Positions 27,341-37,409 of a stretch of 64,000 nucleotides of DNA are shown in pieces. Every line of letters begins with the position of its first letter. Position 1 is the stretch's first letter. A model generated the notes under the pieces. The model had not been told where the DNA came from, made no database searches, and saw only the letters and a list, made by a program, of their open reading frames with translations. This DNA is from Felis catus. Lineage: Eukaryota. A program made the translations under genes and the position numbers. Location: positions 46,316,001 through 46,380,000 of the forward strand of contig NC_058368.1 of NCBI RefSeq assembly GCF_018350175.1, in the 5' to 3' direction.

Positions 27341-28089
27341 CGGTAAATGTTGTTAGTGGAGTCCAGAACCATATATGCACAGTGACGAAGTGTGACATCT
27401 AAATTGCCTTGCTCTGGAAAAATTACCAGACAAAATAAATAGTAGAAATAGGATTCTGGATTCAGGAAAATGTTTCAAAGTAGTTCTGGAAGACACAGTA
27501 AACAATGCTAATATACCTGTAGCTGGTCTCTGCCTTCTGTCTGTCAGGCAGACACCATCAAAATTCCGTGACTCAGAATTCTAAATTGAGGTTCCAAGGA
27601 ATATTTACATAGCTCTTTTTGTTTGTTTTTGTGATGATACACAAGAAATACTCAATGTCTCTAAATGTAAAACTGGTAGAACCCATGAGTGTAATCATAA
27701 ACAACTTAGTTTTATACCACTGTCTTCTTCGAACTTATTCAGTGGTGGTAGGGGACTATATGTCTTCCCTCATCTGCATGAAAATTCAGGTATCCTCATA
27801 ATTTCAGATTACTATTTTTTAATATATAAAGTCCTACAGTTACTTCAAACAACCACATATAGTCTTGGCTCAGGGACTATAATCCATCCCTATGTAATAA
27901 TAAATACTATCATCTTAATCAAAAGATAGGACTTCCTCTTTTCACACACTCAAGGAAGGGGGAACAGAGGGAGGAGAGAAAGAGAAAAAAAGTAAGTTTC
28001 TGACTTGGCCGTCGCTGCCATTCATTAACTGGCATCATTCTCTGTGCATGACAAATGTTTAAACCCAATTTTTATCCAGTTAAGGAACT

Positions 28090-28625
28090 GTATATGTTGT
28101 TAGAGGCCACCACCACACTGAACTGGTCCTATGCAGTTCCGGAAGGGTGTCATTCATCTCTAGGTTCCTCAGTCCCCTAAATGTCCTACATAGTTAAGTA
28201 TGGATGCTTGATTTAAGTTGAGTTTGCAGTGAGACTTCTTCATAGATGGTGTTGCATGCCTCCATCAGAAACACATAACGTCTGCTTGGCTGCATTTTAT
28301 GATGCCAGCCCCCACTGATGATCATGGTCTAGACTCCACTTCATTAGCACTGGTAATTCGGTGACATTCCAACTATACCATTCCTTATTTTTTGGCCAGA
28401 AGATTTAGATGAACAGAAAAGTTCCCCTAGTGAATTAATGATGATCCCTAGGAACAGTCTGTATGGGAAAGTCAGGAAAATGCTTGATTTCACCCCTTTA
28501 TCCTTTGCTTTTGTCCTTTAAAAGAATCAATTCCCTAGAATTCAAAGGTGAACCATGAATTTATTTTTTAGCATTATTACAAACGTATTGATTTAAACAT
28601 ATACGATTTGTTTAAATACATTGAT
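28090..28625 (-). mobile_element. Ancient L1MC-like fragment
   Basis: catcagaaacacataacgtctg...ggaaagtcaggaaaatgcttgatt...gatttaaacatat. Recalled similarity; boundaries approximate. Confidence 0.5.
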
Positions 28626-29096
28626 GTAGGGTATATTTAGTGGTGGTTGTGTTTTAATACTTTTGTTGTAAGCATCTTCTTCAAATTTAATATCAACACC
28701 CAAATAAACATTAAGAGAATGTACTTAACTATTTCTCTAAGGCCAAGTAAAAATTATATGAAATCGTTTTTTTGTGTGTGAAAAAATGTCTAAAAGTAAT
28801 GCACACATCTAGTGTTATTTATGATTGCCCCAAAATAAGCTATTCTGTACCTAAACAAACATGGGGGACATGACATTGCTCTAGGATTTTCATGTACTTT
28901 GAGAATCAGGTCACTCTGGTTCTAGTTTTTATAATATTTAAACATTTTAAACTTTCATGCACATGAAGTCCTATTTACTAATATAGTTATTTAAGGACCT
29001 GCTTTAAAGGAAATTATTAGGGATCAAAATTTTACTTGAATTTAAGTTTTTTCAATCTTTAATTCTTTAAATGAGAATGTCATAAAGTGTCTCTGC

Positions 29097-29099
<3 letters not shown>

Positions 29100-29146
<47 letters not shown>
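29100..29146. repeat. (CT)n dinucleotide microsatellite followed by a short CA-rich tract
   Basis: About 23 perfect units. Confidence 0.97.
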
Positions 29147-29152
<6 letters not shown>

Positions 29153-29669
29153 CTTTCACACACATATACACACACATATAGTCAAGAGGAGTCAATGGTC
29201 AGGGGAGAAAACTAACAAATCTAAATCATATTCCTTGTCCTCAGAAACCTCCGTAATGTAGCATGAGAGAAAGATGTTTATTCAAAGATGTAGAATAATT
29301 TGAATGTTGCCAAATTTCTCAATCTCAATTCTATACTATCCCTGATAAAAATTAAATCTGAAAAAAAAATGCATTTAAAAATTAGCTTTCTATACCAATG
29401 CACTGCAGAATTCCCCCAAAGTAAAATGCAGCACTTTTGTCAGGTGAAGAAGCCTGCACAAGAAAGAGAGAAAATTCTTACTATACAATTATGATTCTAT
29501 TTCAAAAGCTTGACACGAATCTCTTATAAGATTCTAGAACTTATTTTTAAACAAATGATTGTGAATATTTGGGGAGAAAATAATGGGAGAAGACAATGTC
29601 AGTGTACAAAAACTTTGAAAGATGTTGTGAACACTAATGTAATCAGTATGGCGACCTGAATAAGTAAAG

Positions 29670-29820
29670 GGGTCATTAGCCCCATTGTACAGAAAAGCAA
29701 ACAAAGAGATATTAAGTAACTTGTCTGAGGTCACATGACTAAGAAGTAGTAGAAATGGAATATAAACCCAAGAGTTCTTCCACCATAATCTATGTTTTAA
29801 ACCACTAAAATACACTGCTT
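29670..29820 (-). mobile_element. MIR fragment
   Basis: cccattgtacaga...ttaagtaacttgtctgaggtcacatgactaagaagt...aaacccaag. Confidence 0.75.
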
Positions 29821-30161
29821 TTCTTTTTTTCAATTTTTTTTCAACAAGAACCATTTTTTCTAAGTCCTTATGATATCATTGTGAATTTATTAAATAAAAT
29901 GTGAGAAAAATATTGATTCATTCAGGGAGATTTGGGGTTACTTGATGAATGATACCTAAAGAGAATCAATTAGTAGAACATTTCAGCCTATTAGGAATTC
30001 TCTAATGACAAGAGGAATTGATCTCTTGATTTATACTGTTTATTTTCCTCAGTGATTTAAAGTAATACAAGTAATATATCCTTTTACAATTTGGAAATGA
30101 TACAAGGATTGTATAAATAGTACGAGAGTTTAGAATGTTAATACTCAAAAGTATCTAAAGA

Positions 30162-30370
30162 ATAGGCTTCAAGTTATGAAATGAATAACTCACAGAATAA
30201 AAGGCACAGCATAGGGAATACAGTCAATGATATTGTAATAATGTTGTATGGTGACAGAGGGTAGCTACACTTATGGTGATTATAGCCTAATGTATAGAGA
30301 AGTTGAATCACCATGTTGTACTGAAACTCGTATAACATTGTGTGTCAACTATGCTTAAATTTAAAAAGTT
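30162..30370 (+). mobile_element. 5'-truncated carnivore L1 3' end (L1_Carn-like)
   Basis: cagcatagggaatacagtcaatgatattgtaata...gtgtgtcaactat. Perfect TSD aagtatctaaaga at 30149-30161 and 30371-30383. Related inverted copy at about 58.1 kb. Confidence 0.88.
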
Positions 30371-30470
30371 AAGTATCTAAAGAGCCTAAATCAGTGGACT
30401 GGGAAATACACTTAATATGGATAAATGGAAATTCCTAGTAAAAGTAAAAATGTTTAAAAGGCATGAAATG

Positions 30471-30691
30471 GGGGCGCCTGGGTGGCGCAGTCGGTTAAGC
30501 GTCCGACTTCAGCCCGGTCACGATCTCACGGTCCGTGAGTTCGAGCCCCACATCAGGCTCTGGGCTGACGGCTCAGAGCCTGGAGCCTGTTTCTGATTCT
30601 GAGTCTCCCTCTCTCTCTGCCCCTCCCCCGTTCATGCTCTGTCTCTCTCTGTCCCAAAAATAAATAAACGTTGAAAAAAAAATTAAAAAAA
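30471..30691 (+). mobile_element. Young felid Can-SINE (SINEC_Fc-like)
   Basis: CpG-rich head ggggcgcctgggtggcgcagtcggttaagcgtccgac. TSD aaaaggcatgaaatg at 30456-30470 and 30692-30706. Confidence 0.97.
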
Positions 30692-31664
30692 AAAAGGCAT
30701 GAAATGTACTGAGTCACACACACACACTCACAACAGTTCTGTGCATTCTGACTACATTTATAAGCTGTTGTCCACAACTGAGGTTTAGGTTAGTTCCAGC
30801 ATCTCTTCACTAGCCAGTTCACTTCTAGAGTATTGTATGGAAAGGACTGGGGTAAAGAGGGTGATTTTTCAAAAAAGGTCAACCAAGAAGCTTGATGAAG
30901 AATGGTCAAAAGAAGTTAGAATACTGTGTCTGGAGGAAAGAAACACTATAGTTACTACAGCAGAGGATTTATAAATTTAAATGGCTAGGACACAGAATTA
31001 GTAGACCTTTTATATTCCAGGAGAACATAATAAACTTGAGGTAGAAGCTAATGAAGACCCTCTTCATTCTTGAGTTTGCTGAAAATAAAATAGGCTTTCC
31101 ACAAAAGCTGAGCTATATAAAAATGGGTAGGGAGGATGCAAAAATTATTTTGCCACTGTAGGGAAAGCTGGATTATATAACGTCTGATGTCTCAAGTCTA
31201 TGTCTCCTCATTCATAACATTCATAGAACATTAAACAGTAAAAATATATGATTCAGTGATACATAACAGACTAATACAGAGCCCATAATAATTTAATATA
31301 TACTTATAGGCAATTGGCTATTAGGAATTCAAATTAGAATTATTGTCTAAACAGTGTATGCCCATTTCCTCCTCAAAGTTATCTTACTAAATTATTTCCA
31401 GTAGTCCAAACCAATCAGCCGGAGAAAGTCTAGATTTAATACTTTGGCAGAATCCATCATGAAGGCTTCTTTTAAAGCAAATAACAATGATACAGTGGTA
31501 CTGTCTTCATCTCTGTAATTTTCTTTTCCTCATTTCCTTTAATTTCTTTTATTTTTCAATGCCAAAACCCATGGCCCCATCATGTTTGAGAGTTTAGTTT
31601 GAGCCGCCGCAATTATCCACAGCCTAAGATTCACACGGGTATGAGTTCATTGTAGTTCTAATGC

Positions 31665-32207
31665 AGGTACCAGCATTTTTTTCTTTTTCTGTAAAGAGCC
31701 AGCTAGTCAATAGTTGATTCCACTCTGCTTTGTATGTGAAAGTAGCCATAGATGTTATATAGAGAGAGTGTAGCTAACTCCCAAAGCCATTTTGTTTATA
31801 GACACTAAAATTTGAATTTGATATAATTGTCATGGGTCGTGAATGACTGTCTTCCTGTGATATATTTCCTCACCCACTTTAAAGTATAAAACCATTCTTG
31901 GGGCGCCTGGGTGGCGCAGTCGGTTAAGCGTCCGACTTCAGCCAAGTCACGATCTCGCGGTCCGGGAGTTCGAGCCCCGCGTCAGGCTCTGGGCTGATGG
32001 CTCGGAGCCTGGAGCCTGTTTCCGATTCTGTGTCTCCCTCTCTCTCTGCCCCTCCCCCATTCATGCTCTGTCTCTCTCTGTCCCAAAAATAAATAAAAAC
32101 GTTGAAAAAAAAATTAAAAAAAAGAAAAAAACATTCTTAACTCATAGTCCATGCAAGAACTGGAAGAAGGGTGAATTTTACCCATGGACGACAGTTTTTG
32201 GACCCTG
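31665..32207. mobile_element. MER58-like hAT-Charlie element interrupted by a SINE
   Basis: ttttctgtaaagagccag...atagacactaaaatttgaattt...aaaaccattctt[SINE]aactca...cagtttttggaccctg. Confidence 0.75.
31900..32126 (+). mobile_element. Young felid Can-SINE (SINEC_Fc-like)
   Basis: Near-consensus, CpG intact. TSD aaaa(c/a)cattctt. Confidence 0.97.
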
Positions 32208-34489
32208 TTCCATTGCATGTACTGGTGTGGTGTGTACATTCTCATAAATAGGTTTATGAGAAAGTCTTTGGAGCTCCTTTACCTCCTAGAAACAGGTAAT
32301 GACAAAATGTTTTAAAAGTCTGTAACCCTGAGAGCATTGTTTTCACTTCCCTTCTGTCCTATAAATTCTTTTGCCATTCTCATGTAGGTTGTTTTCATTT
32401 TAATTCTTATCATTACTCTCAAAAAATGGAAATGGTACACTCCAGCACACGGGAAACGCCTCAACCTTCTATTTTCCCTTCAAAAGCTATTTCCCTTGTT
32501 TTATCATTCCTTCAGATGGGGGAAATCTTCTTGGTATTTAACATTTTGCTTTTAATCGGCCTTCATAATTAGAATCTTTTCAGGCAAACAAAGTTGCAAG
32601 CACTATTCTAATTGCCCACTTGGGTCCCATACTATTTAATGTGACATAGGAGTCAAACATTTTCTTTAGGGAAAATCAAACTTCCCCCAAATTAAGTTTA
32701 ACTAATATATATCATGGGAGTTTACTAAACACTTCTTGTGCTATGAAGTCTTCTATATATAAATTTAGGCAGGTTTTTTATTAACTTGTTTTCCCTAATA
32801 TTTGGAATTCTATAAAGAACCTATTCCTTACCCTCATCCTCCGAGGCTGTACTCTCGAATTCTCTCAGGTCTAGTTTTTTTTTTGTTTTTTTGTTTTTTT
32901 TTACCAAAAATTGTTAGAATTATCTTATGCTTTTCTTGAAATATGGTTAGTCTCTATGATCTTTAACATCAAATTTAAAAATATATAGGTGGCCAGCCTG
33001 CAACGAAATGGGGCAATGGGTCCTTCCACACTTCCACGATGGCCAATGGAGCGTCACTTTGATGTGTGCAGTTAAAACTACCAGCTTGTATTATTAGTGA
33101 TAAATAATAATTTTTAAAACCATCAGCTTTTATTTTCTCTAATCATTCTTAATTAGAGCCATTGTTTCTTATTCAGCTATTATCACCATTTATATCACCA
33201 CTGCTTTCAAAAGCCCAGGATTTCCTTTAACCTATCCATAGCCAAGTTTCTGAAAATATTTGCCCCGAGAGACTAGAAAATGGGCTATCACTATATTGTA
33301 GGAGGTGTTGGCACACAGTTCAAGACACAGGGCTTTGTCACTTTTTTTTATTACCTTTTTGCATATTTCCTTCCTTTCTCCCTGTCTCCCTCCTCTCCAT
33401 TCCTGACCTTAATTTAAGAAACCAAAGGAATGTTGCTGACTTTTCAATAATCTAGACTGTTTTCTAAAGGTGCCTTCCAGAGGAAACCCAACTGCTTCCT
33501 CCTACTTACCTAAATGTTGACAACCAAAGATTTAGTAAAGGAAGTTTCTCTACTTAAGTATTCTGATTAACATTGGATACAACATACACTATTTAAAAAA
33601 TATGTGTGTATTTAAAAGATAAAATAAATCAAGTTTTCTGATGTAATTAGAGTCTTCTGGATCCAGACATATGTAAGCTACCAGCTGATGTCCAAATTAT
33701 CTACAGTTAATAACTAAGTCACCCATTATGATTTTTAAACTGCTAAAATCTGTTCTTCTGCCATAGTTTTACTTTAACTACGATTCCATATCTTGTCTAA
33801 ATGAGGAACTACAAAATTCCCAGTTTTGAGAGTGAAAATTATATAATTATTATTATGAGGACGATTCTCTATAGTAATAATTACTAACTTTTTCAAAAAA
33901 TGAGAGTAATCACATCCTATAACTAATCCTTAGTACCTTTTCATTTTTTTAAAATAGCTATCGAGTACAATGATAGGAACACTTAGCCTTTTTTCTTCAG
34001 CCAAAATCTCCCTCTAGGTCACTTCAGTGAGTGAAGCAATGAGAATGTTGAATTCTCAGTAATAACTATTACCAAAAATGGTCATAAATGGAAGTATGCA
34101 GTGACATCTTGATTAACAAATCCTTTGGTAACAAAGGAACCCTCTGAAAGTCACTCCGAATAAAGAGGAATTTTTAAAAGTTATCTTCTTGGTTCCTGGC
34201 TGATGACAATGTAGCATTCATTGGCATTTTCTCAGCTGAAGATTTTTAAGAAGTTGATCTCGGTTTTCTGTGATACATATATTTTTTTCCTGGTGAGGAT
34301 ACTTCAGAAAATGGTGAGGGACTAGTATACATTTTTGCTTATAGAGCCATTGTTATAAGAAAAATTGGTATTAGCATATTATTCAATGTATAATAGTAAT
34401 GTATAAGTATGTATACAATGTATATATACATTGTATACTTATACAATGTATAAGTAGTAACATGGCCTTTTAAAAAAAATGTATGACAT

Positions 34490-35580
34490 TACCTATCATT
34501 TTGGTATAACACGGAGCATTTTCACTGCCCTAAAAATTCTTTGTACTCTCCCTATTCATCCCTGCCCCACTCCTTGGCAACCACTGATCTTTTTAGTATC
34601 TCCATAGTTTTGCCTTTTCTAAAAGGTCATTCACTTGGAATCATACAGTGTGTAGCCTTTTCAGCCTGGCTTCTTTCACTTACCAGTATACATTTAAGTT
34701 TCCTCCATGTCTTTTCATGACTTGATAATTCATTTCTTTTTAGTTGTGAATAATATTCCATTATATGGTGTCAAGCGTTTAGTTAAGCTACTCCAATAGT
34801 ATTGATGCCTAGGCATCCATTTTGTTTGGCCAACTGTCCTGGAGGGACCTTAACTGACAAAAGCCCCCTCTTGCAAGCACATGCCCTAGATAACAGCCAC
34901 AGAATCACAAGTAAATGTAAGCATGTAAGCCCTTAATAGGACTTCTTCAACAGCACTTGTGAATAAAGGTCTCCTCCTACATACGAGCCCGCTGGAGCTC
35001 ACCAAAACTATGCTCTTCTGGTTTTAATTGCCCAGTCTAGCCCTAGCCTGGGAACCTCGAAGCATTCTACTGTTGGGCCCTGACACAGGCATCTGTCCCA
35101 GATCCTGCCTTGTTCTCTCTGTACTCCACCTTGACCTCCCCATGTGGTCCTTCAAGGTATATACCCTGAGGTATTTCCACCAGAACTCGTGAGTAATAAG
35201 GTTTTCTATTTCAATTTTTCTTACAGTTTGTGTTGGACCGTGGCTCACCATCAGTCATCCCTATGTTCCACTTAACAAATGTTAATTTAGCAAAGTCATA
35301 ACATATGGATATACCACTTCTTTTTAATCCTTTCACCTACTGAAAACATCTTGGTTGCTTCCAAGTTTGGGCAATTATTAAAAAAAAAACTGCTATAAAT
35401 ATCCATGTGCAAGTTTTTGCGTAGACATAACTCTTCTACTTGTTTGAGTAAATCCCAAGGAGCTGGCAAAATACATAATCCTGTGGTAGAAGTATGTTTA
35501 GCTGTGTAAGAAACCATAAAACTGCCTCCCAAAATGGCTATAGCATTTTGTATACCTACCAGCAATGAATAAGAATTGTT
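34490..35580 (-). mobile_element. L1MC/L1MB-like 3' fragment split by a solo LTR
   Basis: ttggcaaccactgatctttt...ttggaatcatacagt...taatattccattatatgg[LTR]tatggatataccac...gttgcttccaagtttgggcaatta...ccagcaatgaataaga. Confidence 0.85.
34769..35303 (+). mobile_element. 535-bp solo LTR, family unassigned
   Basis: Begins TG, ends CA, flanked by 5-bp TSD tatgg (34764-34768 and 35304-35308); cleanly interrupts L1 sequence. Orientation inferred from TATA-like (about 35157) and aataag (about 35195) motifs. Confidence 0.85.
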
Positions 35581-36201
35581 AACAGGACTTTTTATGTAAG
35601 GCATACTCCAGAGGCCTCCTTAACTCAACTGTATCATATTCAGAAGAAAGAGGTAATGATTATCTCATATAAGGATAAGCATTAGTATCTTTTACTTAAT
35701 TTAAAAATTAATAATGTATTCTGACAATTCATTTAAAGGAATTTTGTTTAAGTACATATTATAAAATAAATTAAAGGTATATGCATACACATTTAAGGGT
35801 ATACACATACCCTCCCACACAAGGGGAAAAGAGAGAGAATTGTGCATATATACACACACATGTGATCTTTGTATAATAGTGTTATCTTCACATATAGTGT
35901 ATTTTTGAATTTATAAAAAGCATTCAATTTTATTATTTTGTTTAGTGTTTACACCTATACTGTATTCCCTACTTTTTATATTTAGAATAGAATCAGAAAG
36001 ATTGAGTCACATGCTCAAGGCAACATGGCAGAACCATAATTTAACAACAAATCAGCAACTATTTCCTATACCTTAAAGCTCATAAACCCCCACACACATA
36101 CATTGACATGCATGCATTCATGCACACAGTCATATATTTATTGAATTTGAAATATATCAATTAATTTCCTACATCCATCTCTCTCTTAATAGATAAAGAC
36201 A

Positions 36202-36400
36202 AGGACCCCTGGATGGCTTAGTTGGTTAAGTGCCTCACTCTGATTTTGGCTCAGATCATGATCTCACAGACATAAGATCAAGCCCTGCATCAGGCTCTGC
36301 CCATGGAGCCTGTTTGGGATTCTCTCTCCATTCCTCTTTCTCTCTGCACCCTCCCCTGCTTCTACTTTTTCTCTCTCAAATAAATAAATAAACTTAAAAC
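36202..36400 (+). mobile_element. Older Can-SINE, about 220 bp downstream of the exon 4 donor
   Basis: ggacccctggatggcttagttggttaag...ggagcctgtttgggattctctctc...aaataaataaataaac. Confidence 0.9.
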
Positions 36401-36620
36401 AACAGATACAATACGGAACTTAAGATTAGCCTAATCTGTCTAATACTGTAACCCTGGCTCTACCTGGTTCTAACTACTGTAAGTGATTTTTCTCACAATT
36501 TATTTACTATCATCTGTTTCGAATTTAGAATTACTTGTGGAATAAAAAAATAGACTTAGAGGTAGTGGCCTAAGACGATGTTTGGCATAAGCCAAAACAG
36601 TCACGTAAGAAAACAATTAC

Positions 36621-36793
36621 CTTAATAACAGACGTCTCAACTCTGGAAGGGGGACTCTGAACGTGAGCTGCTGCCGCCATATTTGCAATGGTGCTGAGAT
36701 GGTTCATCTGGCTCATTGCCATGGTGACAGACGCTGGAGGTAGGCTGACGGGAATTAGAGGGTGGGGCATCATCATAAAAGGAAGTTCCAGTC
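36621..36793 (-). CDS. DACH1: DACH1 internal coding exon (exon 4 in the shorter-isoform numbering), 173 nt, phase 1 to 0
   Basis: Minus strand: ttttttatag|GA CTG GAA CTT ... TCT GTT ATT AAG|gtaatt. Encodes (G)LELPFMMMPHPLIPVSLPPASVTMAMSQMNHLSTIANMAAAAHVQSPPSRVETSVIK, recognised as DACH1. Confidence 0.97.
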
Positions 36794-37253
36794 CTATAAA
36801 AAATGCACAGGTCTCATCATTGCTCTGTTCAAATAAAACTATGAAACGTAGTGTTATCTCATTTATGAAAATGGTAAAGGGCATAAATCATTGAAAATTA
36901 AAGCATTAAAAAACGTTCTAATAATGATTGCCAAAGGAAAGATATTTGTCCTCTTTATATGCAACAATACCCACTCACCACTCAGGGAAACTAGCTTTGA
37001 AGCTAACCAGTTCGGTGCCATGTTTTATCACGTCACCATGCTCCATGCGTTCAATACAAATGGTCAATTCGTTGCTGCATTATTCTTCTGATCATTCTAA
37101 TTCTTGCTTAAAATATGAGGGTTTTATTTAACATATCACAATCAGTTATCTAAATGTAGTATCTCTTCGTTATGTCCTACATTTTACAATATAATGATTG
37201 GATATTTTTTTGTGGGCAACTGCCATTTTTAGTACCAAAAAATACCATTATAG

Positions 37254-37409
37254 AATTTGGCAGAAGGTGGCTCTGCTTGAGATGGTGGAGAGGTTGCCTA
37301 AGTGGAAGGCTATTAGTTCCAGGCATGTGGGGGTGGGTAACAGAAGCCTGAGATCTCTGTGATGGGCAAGAGGACAGTGTTTGCTTATCCCAAGAACCAT
37401 CACAGCTAC
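37254..37409 (-). pseudogene. DACH1: Decayed counterpart of the 156-nt (52-codon) DACH1 alternative cassette exon (probable pseudo-exon)
   Basis: Open frame (G)SCDGSWDKQTLSSCPSQRSQASVTHPHMPGTNSLPLRQPLHHLKQSHLLPN resembles the long-isoform insert that precedes GLELPF (recalled). Expected acceptor reads ccccacAA|GT. The expected donor position is followed by CT; AATG|GTATTT lies 8 nt further on. Confidence 0.8.

Noticed and set aside
30471..30550. tRNA-like heads with Pol III A/B boxes
   Set aside because: These are tRNA-derived SINE heads followed by CT tract, A tail and TSD, not tRNA genes.
35296..35604. 102-aa ORF
   Set aside because: Lies in degraded L1 sequence; not an independent gene.
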